Counted from the first letter of the stretch, positions 11,270-21,327 are shown. The stretch: DNA of 44,355 bases from an uncultured Nitrososphaeraceae archaeon (GCA_963765895.1 CAVXZB010000022.1:1-44355), one strand, 5' to 3'. Translations and numbers: made by a program. The notes: generated by a model from the letters alone, not told the origin.

Positions 11270-12217
11270 GACTATGTAGAAAACATCATCAATATTACAA
11301 GATTAGTCAGTCTATGCATATTGTAGGTGATACATCTAAATGATAACTCTCTGTTCTGCATTCTAGTCAATCTAGACATAAGATTCTCTCCAAATAGTCG
11401 TTTTATAACTGATATTATGGTTTCATCTTTGTTTCGTTGATTGTACAGCAATTTGGAGTAACCACGCTTCATCTGCTTTCTGTACTTACCATGTGTTCTC
11501 CACATCGGTACATGTTCATATCGAGCAGGAATAATACTGAATGCATGTAAGTCCTCTCTTACGAGAAGGTGATTATCTTCACTATCGTAACCCTTATCAG
11601 CTGTAACTACAGATAATGGAAGAATATTTGATGTCCTTGTTATAATTGGCCTGAAATCTACATTATCATGCCTTGTTGGAGCTCGTCTTATCTTAATTGT
11701 ACATATGATTTGTTGTAATACATCTACTCCAATAGATAATTTCGCATATTTTCTTCTCAATTCTGTTCGATCAGTATAATATTGTGATGCATGAGTTATC
11801 TTAAATCCTGTTGAATCTATTCCTGCAAAGATATGCTTGGTACCACTAATTACAATGAATGACGAAATTATCTTTTCAAGCAATGAATTATTAATTCTAT
11901 CTGTAAACTTTTGCAATGTTGTAAAATGAGGAATACGTGACAACCGTAGAAATGACCTTAGGTAATAGGCTTCAATTAACCACTCGACAAACATTCTATA
12001 ACTCTTACCTTCATACTGTCGTATAGCAACTAGAACTATGTGCTGCCATATTGTAAATATGTGATTACTTTTCCTGTTAGAAAATAGAGGAATCCTTGCA
12101 TGCTTCAAAACACGGAACATAGTACCTGCAAGTCTGACGTACATTGATTCTTTCAATAGACTATTGGTATTATACTCTTACAAAGCTTTGACTGTATGAG
12201 ATGGTTTCTACACAGCC
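11270..12217 (-). mobile_element. IS5-family-like insertion sequence (948 bp) with imperfect 18-bp TIRs
   Basis: Left GACTATGTAGAAAACATC (11270-11287) versus revcomp of right GGCTGTGTAGAAACCATC (12200-12217): 15/18 match. No clear target-site duplication. Confidence 0.85.
11272..12156 (-). CDS. DDE transposase (IS5/IS4 superfamily)
   Basis: IDSTG, ADKGYDSE and YNQRNKDETIISVIKR DDE motifs; PHFTTL. The stop codon lies inside the TIR. Confidence 0.93.
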   Translation of the reverse strand: MKESMYVRLAGTMFRVLKHARIPLFSNRKSNHIFTIWQHIVLVAIRQYEGKSYRMFVEWLIEAYYLRSFLRLSRIPHFTTLQKFTDRINNSLLEKIISSFIVISGTKHIFAGIDSTGFKITHASQYYTDRTELRRKYAKLSIGVDVLQQIICTIKIRRAPTRHDNVDFRPIITRTSNILPLSVVTADKGYDSEDNHLLVREDLHAFSIIPARYEHVPMWRTHGKYRKQMKRGYSKLLYNQRNKDETIISVIKRLFGENLMSRLTRMQNRELSFRCITYNMHRLTNLVILMMFST

Positions 12218-12450
12218 ATGCTGATAATACTTTATCGTGTTAGACAATGCAACCGGACTTAGTATAGTGATTAGCATAGACTAGCTGATACTGTCTATAG
12301 ATATAGTCAAGGAGTTGACAGACACAAAGTTCATCACCAATCATAATGTTTTTACCTATCAATAGAATCAGCCAGTCCTGAATCTTACCATAGTCAGGCT
12401 TCCGGTTAAGATTTTATCTTTTAAGAACGGCATATCATACCTGACTTATT

Positions 12451-12690
12451 ATGAATCCAGACTATTGTAGCTGTAACGACTTTGAAAAGGCAGTTGATTA
12501 CAATGATATTCATTATTTTAGACCAGAAGACGATAAGTTTAACGCCATTAAGAAGCAGGGCTGGTATATTTTCGATATGGGTTACCAGTGTCCTATTACT
12601 AATATAGAGCCTTTCAAGTACCTGTCCGTGGTACCGGAGGAGGTTAACACTAGCACAGTACACAAAGGTATTATTTCAGCTGGTGGTTAG
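12451..12690 (+). CDS. Small hypothetical protein (CxC N-terminus)
   Basis: Clean ORF. A paralogous fragment at 13170-13257 differs largely at synonymous sites, which supports coding. Confidence 0.65.
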   Translation: MNPDYCSCNDFEKAVDYNDIHYFRPEDDKFNAIKKQGWYIFDMGYQCPITNIEPFKYLSVVPEEVNTSTVHKGIISAGG

Positions 12691-12698
12691 GTAACAAG

Positions 12699-13135
12699 TT
12701 GAAGATTCGTAGAATAGATCATGTGGGTGTAATCGTAAATAATCTCTCTCCCGCTAAAGCGTTTTTTCTTGATTTTGGACTTGAAGTGCAAAGGGAAGGA
12801 GAAGTGGAAGGAGAGTGGGTAGATCAGGTAGTTGGGCTTAATAATGTTAAAGCAGCAATTGTAATGTTGGGGATGCCAGACGGTCAGACCCGTATAGAGC
12901 TAGCCAAGTTTTATACGCCGTCAGATGAAAAGGTATTCAGAAATCTTTTGCAAATACCCTGGGTATTAGACATATAACATTTGCTGTTGAAGATATTGAA
13001 GCTATTGTTGCCAAATTGAAAAAGAAAGGGACAGAAATCTTTAGTGAGATACAAACCTATGAAAACATGTATAAATTATGCTACGTTCGTGGTCCAGAGG
13101 GAATTATCTTAAAGTTGGCGGAGCAAATCAAATAA
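12699..13135 (+). pseudogene. VOC/glyoxalase family protein, frameshifted at an A-run near 12930
   Basis: IDHVGVIV...IELAKF, continuing in another frame as GIRHITFAVEDIE...CYVRGPEGIILKLAEQIK*. Confidence 0.9.
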
Positions 13136-13169
13136 ATTAAGGGTAATTTTCTTTGTGGCCCTGACGTAG

Positions 13170-13257
13170 CGACTTTGAAAAGGCCGTGGATTATAACGAT
13201 ATAAGATATTATCGACCTGAAGACGATAGGTTTAACGAAGTGAAACAGGCAGGTTAT
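13170..13257 (+). pseudogene. Internal fragment paralogous to 12451-12690
   Basis: DFEKAVDYNDIRYYRPEDDRFNEVKQAG versus DFEKAVDYNDIHYFRPEDDKFNAIKKQG. Confidence 0.85.
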
Positions 13258-13356
13258 AGTTACACGTATTAGAATTGTCCAGAAAGTTTTGGTCTTTCTA
13301 GCAGTACAGAAAAACGTGATATAGAATTTTTCGAAAATATCATCTTAAAAGAATAA

Positions 13357-13821
13357 GTGTATCGTTATTACAGAACTTCGTATAGTAAAAATATGAGTAA
13401 CAGAAAAAATGTTGTGACTTACAGCATTCCGTTAGGGATTCTAACATCGCTTACCATATTCAGTCCTCTAGGACAACAGACCTATGCTGCTGCACATACA
13501 TCTGGGTATAACCATGGATGTTCAGATGCGCAAATTTCTGACCCATCTGAAAGATACATCAACCAACCAGACAAGCGATCAAGTTCTCATAGTGACGCAT
13601 TTATGCAGGCATATAATGAAGGATTTGATGCGTGTTCGGGTAATTCAAATAGTAATGACAATTCTCATTCTTCAGATAGTGGAAGTGGGTCGCATTCAGG
13701 TTTAGTAGATACAGCATGCCGCTTGATAAATAATCATCCCACAGCTGCAGCATTACTTGGACATACATTAGGCCTTGGAATAGGGGGTCAGCTAGCACAA
13801 GGATATTGTGCGCTAAGATAG
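13357..13821 (+). CDS. Secreted hypothetical protein (SGYNHGC...YINQP...FMxxYxxGF domain, Ser/Asn linker, Gly/Ala-rich Cys-flanked tail)
   Basis: Signal-peptide-like region, probable start ATG 13393. The domain resembles the decayed gene at 17340-17661. Confidence 0.7.
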   Translation: MYRYYRTSYSKNMSNRKNVVTYSIPLGILTSLTIFSPLGQQTYAAAHTSGYNHGCSDAQISDPSERYINQPDKRSSSHSDAFMQAYNEGFDACSGNSNSNDNSHSSDSGSGSHSGLVDTACRLINNHPTAAALLGHTLGLGIGGQLAQGYCALR

Positions 13822-14236
13822 GCAATACTCCTTTACAATTTCAGGTGAATGCATCAACCTCTCCTCATCTTTTCAGTTTAGAGAAATCATATACAGCGTA
13901 CATAAATTTTATCACCATAGTGGGACTGTTAGTCTCTATACCTAGGACGCAGCATTTTTCGATAATATTTGTAATCTCGCGCTGCATATCGTTAACACAA
14001 ACACCATTTCAAAGATGAGTATGCTTGACTTTACGGGAATGCGATATTATTCGATTGTATAGAGTCACCCATATTAACAGAATTGAATACACATAGTACA
14101 CTTAGACTACTATGCTACCATCTATAGATATCATCATTTGTACTGTAAATCCAGTACAAGTTTTTGATAGTCTTGAGAGTGAGTTTGGTAGAGCAGCTAA
14201 TCTTTAATCAAATAGAGTTGTTACTGTGTTGCAACT

Positions 14237-14407
14237 AAGACATATTTGACGTATCTGACACTTGAGCAGCAGATAGTCTCTAATCACATAAACTACTAGT
14301 ATATGGTAACTATCTGACGTATCTGACTTATAGATACTTGTATGGCAAACAGTCTTTAATCTTATGCAGCTCCCACTTCTATCTGACATATCTGACATAT
14401 CTGACAT
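14237..14407. repeat. Three clusters of 9-bp-periodic (ATCTGACRT-like) repeats, iteron-like
   Basis: aagacatat-ttgacgtat-ctgacac (14237), atctgacgt-atctgact (14312), (atctgacat)x3 (14381). Confidence 0.8.
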
Positions 14408-14600
14408 CGTACCCTGGATAGACTCTCTTTGACTGGCTATGAGAGAAGTTACAGTCAAGTTCCGAAACGATACAAATCTTTTGAAATATGGATCGAGCCG
14501 GAGAGCTTTGAATATGACGAGTATTGTCGAACTCTGCGGTACAGGGATGTGTGAGCTGGGTCTATATATTAGAAAAAGTACCTTTGTCTCTGTTATACTA

Positions 14601-15113
14601 TTAACATCCTTCGAGTATCTTCAATGCATCTTTTTCTCCTTGTTCAATTAGCATCTTGATAGTATCATAAGTAAAGTCTGTAGGCTTGCTAGAATAATCT
14701 ACTTCACGACCAGTACTTGGATCAACGTCGTTAGAACGCTCTATTCTCACTACGCTATGTAGTTTAAATTTCCCTTTGATTAGATCTTTATACTTTTTTC
14801 TCATATGGTTCAGGTTATTACTTGTTCCTTCTGTTATCATTAGAAGACACTCTAATTCCTTTTGAAATGCTGCACCTTCACTTGTATTGACAATGTGGCT
14901 CTTGAGAGCCTTTAATTTACGAATTATTCCCATAGAGTCATTTAATGTGTTTTCCAATTCATTATAGCCAGTTGCTAGATGTGCCACCATTTCATCGTAA
15001 CGAGAATCTCTGTCTAAGAACTGGATGCCAGTAGTTCTATTCTGAACTTCATCGTAGTCTGTTGGAACGTTATCTGCTATAGAGGGATTCACATTTACTA
15101 TATACACATCTAG
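14601..15113 (-). pseudogene. C-terminal fragment resembling thaumarchaeal patatin-like phospholipases
   Basis: LDVYIVNVNPS...VPTDYDEVQNR...VVRIER...DFTYDTIKMLIEQGEKDA; the catalytic N-terminus is absent. Family recalled, not searched. Confidence 0.55.
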
Positions 15114-15415
15114 ACGCCAATATGTGAGCCAGAATGTCCTATAAAATACTCCGAATAATCGGTACATCCACGATCGGAAATAGTAGTTTTTACAAATCTC
15201 CTAAAGGAATGAAGAGTAATTTGTCTTCGTTGTTCGTTACCATCTTCCTTATCACCTTTACTCATCCTATCTAATGTCATTGCAAAGGATTTTGCTATAT
15301 CATCATATGGACCATCTGGATTGGGTTTTCTTTTGGTCTAGTAAACAGCAAATAGTAAATCGATTCCTTCTTTAAAAGGTATTCTGTATTCTGTTATTAT
15401 TTTTCCATCTCGATT
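15114..15415 (-). pseudogene. Tyrosine recombinase catalytic-domain remnant
   Basis: Manual translation ...FAVY*...RRQITLHSFRRFVKTTISD...SEYFIGHSG/TYWR shows HxxR, GH and the catalytic Tyr. One stop and one frameshift. Confidence 0.85.
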
Positions 15416-15563
15416 TAGTAGGACAAAATCTTTAAGTCTCGCTAGCATTTGCAAAATTCTTTGGGTCTAATACTACGTTTTATGCCTGTTCTTCACACAC
15501 AATAGATTTAACCGACTACCAATTTCTAGTGCATGGTAATTGTAACAGGCCTTTACATACTAA

Positions 15564-16244
15564 CTAATTCTTCCTTAGTGCAAAGAATATGAAAGTGTAA
15601 TCAAGGCACGTAGCATTCCAATGAACAACTTTTTCCCCATGCGTGAAATCTATTGGTTCGGTAAGAAGGAAACCGTTCTGTTCTGCAATGCTAATTACGT
15701 CTTCCTCTATTTCTCTTCTGCTGAATATATTATCAGGCGAATTCTTAGGATTTACATCCGTATTTATTAGATTAGGTATCTTCTCAGGCCAGTAGTCTGT
15801 CGATGTCAAAAGTAATCCATCTTTTTTTAATATTCTATTCATTTCTTTAAAATAGTTTTGAATATTAATACCGTGCTCGATGACTGATAGTGATGTAACG
15901 AAATCAAATGTATTGTTTTGAAATTCGGTTTTTTCTAGATCTTGAATTGAAATATCAAATGTCTTGTACATTTCGACTGTGGATGGTATTCCTTCTTCTA
16001 GGAGCAAATCACATCCATATAGGTTTATGAAACCAAGTCTACTTAGCAGGGTCAAAATCGGAGAACCATTACATCCAACATCTAGTACAAAAGCGCTTGT
16101 GTCTGATTGCTTAATTATATCAACCATCTTATGTGTATCCCATGACTTTACTCTATCATGATGTGGAAATAGACCTAGAGAACGAAGACAATAGATTGCA
16201 TGATATATTTCAAAGGAGTTTTTGAGAACTGAATTATATCCCAT
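15564..16244 (-). CDS. Class I SAM-dependent methyltransferase
   Basis: VLDVGCNG motif I; FDFVTSLSVIEH; RILKKDGLL. Confidence 0.9.
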   Translation of the reverse strand: MGYNSVLKNSFEIYHAIYCLRSLGLFPHHDRVKSWDTHKMVDIIKQSDTSAFVLDVGCNGSPILTLLSRLGFINLYGCDLLLEEGIPSTVEMYKTFDISIQDLEKTEFQNNTFDFVTSLSVIEHGINIQNYFKEMNRILKKDGLLLTSTDYWPEKIPNLINTDVNPKNSPDNIFSRREIEEDVISIAEQNGFLLTEPIDFTHGEKVVHWNATCLDYTFIFFALRKN

Positions 16245-16732
16245 AATTTCAAAGCACTTTGCGAAGTAATTTAAGTTTACGAACCGGTAGCAGGACTTGC
16301 AAAACTTTGATGATCGTTTGGAGGTGCGCCATCCACAAAAACAGAAAATTGTGATTCATGCCAAGCACGATCCGTTTACGTAAAGTGTTTCCTACAGGTA
16401 TCATAATACTTGGTTATATCTGGGATAAATTCTGCAGGTATACGCTCAGAATAATTTATTAAGTTAGACAGTGCAACATCCGACGCTCTAATATCCATGA
16501 ATACATAAGGTCGCATTAAATCTGGTTGAGCTATCATTTTCACACGTCGCATTTGTGCTCGCCTGGTCCTAGAATGGATTATTTGGCGCGTTATTGCCAA
16601 AACTGCACAGACAAACGGAGGATGGCATTTTTCAAGTCCATAGTGTTTTTAAGCGATATCGGCCAGATACCCCTCTGAAAAATGAATGCTGAGTAAGCCA
16701 CAGAATTTCTGAAGGATAGAGGAATACCCACT

Positions 16733-16915
16733 ATGAATTATCCTCACGGTTACCTACTAAAGGTATCTAGAAGGGAAGGCAGTCCATCACGCCGTATAGA
16801 GATGGATGAACTGGATGCGATCCTAGTATTAGGCAAAGTTAAACTGATTGCAGTTGAGGACACTGTGGGAGATATCCTTATCGAAGTTGAAAGGAAGGAC
16901 CTTATCCGAGACTAA
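16733..16915 (+). CDS. Small hypothetical protein
   Basis: 60-aa ORF with natural composition; gaggaa upstream. Confidence 0.35.
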   Translation: MNYPHGYLLKVSRREGSPSRRIEMDELDAILVLGKVKLIAVEDTVGDILIEVERKDLIRD

Positions 16916-17055
16916 TGCCAAAACATCAACGATAATGTGAAAGCATACAGCAGATCGTCATGACTAGTTGCTTCTTTATCTAAGACATCTTCACCATTCT
17001 CTGCAGCAGTCCTTAGTAACGTTATGAATTTAGCTAACTTTGGATGTATAGACAT
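16912..17055 (-). pseudogene. C-terminal tail resembling a terminase large-subunit nuclease domain
   Basis: IHPKLAKFITLLRTAAENGEDVLDKEATSHDDLLYAF resembles the terminal HDDxxDA motif of TerL. Confidence 0.55.
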
Positions 17056-17098
17056 GTATTGAATAATGCTAATATAGTGACTCCATCGTTTACAACAC

Positions 17099-17330
17099 CT
17101 AGTAAAAATAGTAATTACAGCTATAGCCACATAATTGAACAAGCTGAAATCTCGAGCTTAGACGGCGATAAAATTCGACTGCATATACATGCTTACATTT
17201 GATATTACGACAATTATAGTCTCGACACGAACAAATCCACCCAGATCGGCTTGCAATGACGTTGTAAATATTGTGGTCAGTTATTGATCTGACAAAGTTT
17301 GATCGGCATAGATGTATATCGTGGCACGGT
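17099..17330 (-). pseudogene. SWIM zinc-finger fragment
   Basis: YNV...WICSCRDY...KCKHVYAV fits the CxC...CxH SWIM signature. Confidence 0.8.
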
Positions 17331-17339
17331 GTTGGAAGA

Positions 17340-17661
17340 GAAGTCAAAATAGCCCGCAGAATCTGGACCCTGTGCACAGTCCCATTCTGCCTCATCTGCT
17401 TTGCTTGCTGAAGTAATTGGGTTAACTAAGCACCATCCGGTCACATATCCCTTAACGAATTCCTTTCTCTGATTGATAAAGCCATTACCTGGCTGAAGTA
17501 TATATCAGTGGCATCCGTCCAGGTGCATACAGCTATCCTTCCCATCACATACCCCATGGTTAAATCCAGACTGATATACAAGACAGTGCAAAGGCAGAAA
17601 TGGGCGCGCTTAAAGCAGCTACAAGAACGGCTATTGCAATACCGCTAATTATTATTCTCAT
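17340..17661 (-). pseudogene. Decayed secreted protein related to the domain in 13357-13821
   Basis: Signal peptide MRIIISGIAIAVLVAALSAPISAFA, then a frameshift to YQSGFNHGVCDG...*YILQPGNGF...EFVKGYVTGWC. Confidence 0.65.
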
Positions 17662-17994
17662 GGCTTGCCTCATGATCTATTGATACAATCAATATGAGCA
17701 ATGATATTATTGAATACTGCGGCAACATCCATCCTTATCTTGCTAGCCGATCCTATTTATCTGATACACCATTGTATAATAACAATATATTTATCCTTTT
17801 AAGAGAAGCTTCGAACTGAATGAAACTATGACAGACTTAGTCTCAAGTAAAGAATTTTTTTATCATGATCCATATCTCCCTATGCTACTCACGGAACGTA
17901 CTGCAAAAAGTAAGTCCCACAATAATTGTTAGGAAAGAGTTCTTTTATTGTATGTTATATCCTAATGCGAGGCCATCATTCGTAAACCCTCCCA

Positions 17995-18411
17995 TTAGGC
18001 CAGTGCCTCTTCATAGTGTTGTAGATTTTCTTCAAATGTGTTTAAGTAGATAGGCGATAGCTCTTGTATGGATAACTTACTTATTAGCAACATTGGTTTG
18101 TGATCACGTTTATTGCCCATCAATGGCAGCATTGCGATAAAATCTCCTCTTGCGATACCAGCAAGGCGGCAATAGTTTCGTGATAAATAAACGAGTAGGG
18201 ATTCCATCGCCAAATCTTCGTGAATCTCTTATCGATTGAACCTTTCTTTATCAATCCAGTGCTTGGGGTTTCTAGTTGTCGAAATCTTTTGTCCTTGGAC
18301 TATACTTAGTTCGATTGTTGGTAATGTTTCTTTCATACTGTAAGGACTAGATAGTTCATAGAGACTGTAAAGAAATATCAATTCATATACTAAAATTCGA
18401 ATATGAGCCAT
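17995..18411 (-). pseudogene. Unidentified gene remnant (two in-frame ORFs separated by a stop)
   Basis: 18229..18411 and 17995..18213 share a frame, separated by TAA plus 5 codons. Confidence 0.35.
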
Positions 18412-18524
18412 AGGCCGCTGCGCTGTACGAGTAACAAAAGAAAATGCAATTAGTAGACTCTCAATAAACTTAACGGAAACGGAAACTATGCCTAGATTGA
18501 TTTTGGTAGACCGGAAGCCCTACA

Positions 18525-19028
18525 TTATTCTTCCAACATTTGTAGTATTTCGGCTTCAGTTGGAGAGAATGTCTCATATTCGTCTTTATACCAATCATGA
18601 ACCTGTTGATCCATTATCTCTCCTATGTCTGACGCATACACACATTCATTTGAGCATTTATTTGCGGTACAACCCGGTTTATAGGGAGACTCATAAATAT
18701 TTCCATACCTTCGCCAGACACTACAGTCATGTGACATCCACTCCAACTTTTTGTCCTTATAGCGTTGTTCTGGACTTTTGTCTAACCAAGGTCGAATTAG
18801 GTATGTGTAAATATATAGCGCCTTACAGTACTTGATTGACAGATTAACATATTGCTCCGGTGTTAATTCTAATCCCAACTTGGGAATACGGCTATCAGGT
18901 TCGGCCGCCTCTAGTAATATGTTGCGATATGCTTGCCATTCGGCAATTACCTTTTCCTTCTCGCATGTATTACGATATTTACCTGTGACTAGCATCTGGT
19001 ATCTATATGCCCTGCGGCCCAGTTCCAA
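18525..19028 (-). CDS. Hypothetical Cys-containing protein (frame is open further upstream to about 19130)
   Basis: 167-aa ORF with HDC...C-x4-C-x3-C cluster; natural composition. Confidence 0.55.
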   Translation of the reverse strand: MELGRRAYRYQMLVTGKYRNTCEKEKVIAEWQAYRNILLEAAEPDSRIPKLGLELTPEQYVNLSIKYCKALYIYTYLIRPWLDKSPEQRYKDKKLEWMSHDCSVWRRYGNIYESPYKPGCTANKCSNECVYASDIGEIMDQQVHDWYKDEYETFSPTEAEILQMLEE

Positions 19029-19514
19029 ATTAAAATCGATTATTCTACGCTTCTGTTTATTTGCGTCTGCTAAGTTGGAATTGGTAGCGCTATCACCATA
19101 ACCTTTATCAGTCGTTTTAATACCTCTCTTGCTTTTGACGTTGACGACATTCTAATGAAGATAATCTATCTCCTTACCTAGATTATACACTTTCAATTAT
19201 TTAACTGCTATATCCTGCCTATCTTTATCCACGCGTTCATTTAGTGCTTTGTGGGCTCTAGCTGCAGATCACTTTGACTGTAGTCCTGGTACAGATAATT
19301 ACAGACTTTCAACCAGGTTTTGATATAAAGACAGGGAATTGCGAGCGACTACAACATTCTGAAATAGAATGAAATATCGCATAGCAGGGAGAATTAGCAT
19401 GCGTGCACTTTAATGTTCCCATCAGGTTTTCTCTCCAATATCGCCATCGATTGGACTTGGATAAGAGCAAAATTGCTAGGCCATAACAAATTGAATTGGA
19501 TCTAGTATCGCCTA

Positions 19515-19637
19515 CACCCGGGATACCCGGGTAACTTTCTAACCTAAGGAAGAATTTAGATGTATTACATATATGTTACACAATAGATGATGTTAAAGCT
19601 ATAATAGAATTCAAAACGATCCCGGGTATCTCGGGTG
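19515..19637. repeat. Inverted pair of 17-bp units, each with two CCCGGG-like hexamers at 9-bp spacing
   Basis: cacccgggatacccggg (19515-19531) versus revcomp of cccgggtatctcgggtg (19621-19637): 16/17 match, with an AT-rich spacer. Confidence 0.88.
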
Positions 19638-19679
19638 CAATTATAGAGGATATCTGAAGAGTTTAATGCGCGCACCTAC

Positions 19680-19990
19680 CTATAGCAAGGCATTCTGACC
19701 GTCTTCCCTCAGATTAGACCTAAGTGCTAACCCCGACCATAGGTGTATCTCTCGGCTCCAGTACCCACTCGTTTATCCTGCACACTATGTTTAGATAACT
19801 CTCTACCTAGTGCATTTATTTCCAATCTATTCAACCTCTTATTCCAGCAATAATTAATAAAATCTGAATGCGCTTTCTGTTTATCTGTTTCATATTACAC
19901 GCCAAGTACACACCTATCATCAAGCCATGTCTTAACCGGATCTGACAATCTCTGGTATCTTGTATTGCATTTCTGGGTAGGTTCCTTCTG
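19680..19990 (-). pseudogene. C-terminal winged-helix remnant of a P4/D5-type primase-helicase
   Basis: YQRLSDPVKTWLDDRCVLGV*YETDKQKAHSDFINYCWNKRLNRLEINALGRELSKHSVQDKR.../WSGLALR matches the D5 C-terminal pattern. Confidence 0.65.
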
Positions 19991-20192
19991 TGATGTTATT
20001 AATAATGATCGGAGATTTGTATTTCCAAGAGAAATTATTGCTTGAGTCCTTAGTAGTTCAGATTTATTGATTGATTTTATGACATCTTCTAAAAGTTCAA
20101 TCACTATCTTTTCATCCGATCTTTTGGTAATAAGTTGAGAACTTACTTACACAATAAATGCACAGATACAATAAGATAATAGTCAAATAGCA

Positions 20193-20690
20193 ATGAAAAG
20201 ACTGCTCATTCTCCGTCATGCTAAATCTGACCGGAAAGATCCCGATTTACCAGACCATGATAGGCCACTTAATAAGCGTGGCAGACATGATGCACCCCTG
20301 ATGGGAAAGCTGCTTAAAGATGAAGACTTAAAGCCAGATCTCATTGTAAGTTCACCTGCGACCAGAGCTAAAAAGACAGCAGAACTTATAGCTAAGCAAT
20401 GTAAATATAAAGGAGAGATTGTTATTAATCAATCTCTTTATGGAGCTGAACCAAAAGACTACCTTAAGATCTTGGAAGGGCTTTCTGTTACATATAAGAC
20501 TGTATTAATGGTAGGGCATAGCCCCACGATAGAGGAGACAATTGAAATGATTACAAATTCATCAGATGTCATAATGCCAACATGTGCTCTAGCTCATATA
20601 CGTTTACCGATAGAGAATTGGGCTGACATCAATAAACAGAAAATAAATGGAAAATTGGCTAAGATATGGAAACCAAAGGAATTGTCTTAA
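20193..20690 (+). CDS. sixA: SixA-like phosphohistidine phosphatase
   Basis: LRHAKS, DHDRPLNKRG, SSPATRAKKTA, VGHSP. Confidence 0.9.
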   Translation: MKRLLILRHAKSDRKDPDLPDHDRPLNKRGRHDAPLMGKLLKDEDLKPDLIVSSPATRAKKTAELIAKQCKYKGEIVINQSLYGAEPKDYLKILEGLSVTYKTVLMVGHSPTIEETIEMITNSSDVIMPTCALAHIRLPIENWADINKQKINGKLAKIWKPKELS

Positions 20691-20764
20691 AGTCCATCTG
20701 ACATATAGTTTAAATTAGCACTTTAGCACTTTATTATATTATCATCGTATGCTTTTATTTTAAA

Positions 20765-21158
20765 GCTCATTTTCAGGATAAAACCTGCCATAAATTGGTA
20801 GATATGATAGTCATTACAGCCCATAGCACGGTAGGATGGCCATGTATACTAGTTTTAATTTTCTTTAAGATTCTGTTCAACGCCCTATCAAGTTTATCTT
20901 TCGAAACAAAGTCCTTTAGATCTATATCTATAATTAGAAAAGTTGGTGGAGTTCTATTAATGCCATCGTATTTAGTAAAGGAAGGATAAGCATTGATTCT
21001 ACAATCTTCATAGTTTGATGCCTAAAATATTCAAGGACTTCCTTTATGTTGAACACTTCTTTCTGGTAACCAAGAGCTTTGGTCATTATATTTCTTGGGA
21101 AAATGGGCTCCTGTAAATGTGATATTATGAAGTACAGGTTCTGCTCTAATTCCTGACT
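20765..21158 (-). pseudogene. N-terminal remnant of a second AEP primase, paralogous to 24274-24642
   Basis: SHLQEPIFPRNIMTKALGYQKEVF / NYEDCRINAYPSFTKYDGINRTPPTFLIIDIDLKDF...GHPTVLW / YHIYQ aligns by eye with the AEP at 24.3-24.6 kb. Frameshifted. Confidence 0.9.
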
Positions 21159-21161
21159 AGT

Positions 21162-21208
21162 AAGGGGAAAATTTCTTTCTGTGAGGGGGTGAAAGAAAAA
21201 CTACCCTT
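21162..21208. repeat. Palindromic site A: 18-bp imperfect arms around an 11-bp asymmetric core
   Basis: aaggggaaaatttctttc TGTGAGGGGGT gaaagaaaaactaccctt. Confidence 0.9.
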
Positions 21209-21327
21209 TGTATATCATTATTTTCGTTTCGAAGCTGGCCCAGTGTTTATTATAATCATTACGACTAATATTAATCTGATTAAGTTTCATTTTATCTATA
21301 TGCCTGAATTACTAGAACTAAAAAGCA

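Noticed and set aside
14204-14651. ORFs 14204-14458 and 14439-14651 as real proteins
   Set aside because: No recognisable domain; the first appears to be a by-product of the 9-bp repeat array.
15110-21160. CTAG at two fragment junctions as a common target site
   Set aside because: CTAG is frequent throughout the window; two cases are insufficient.
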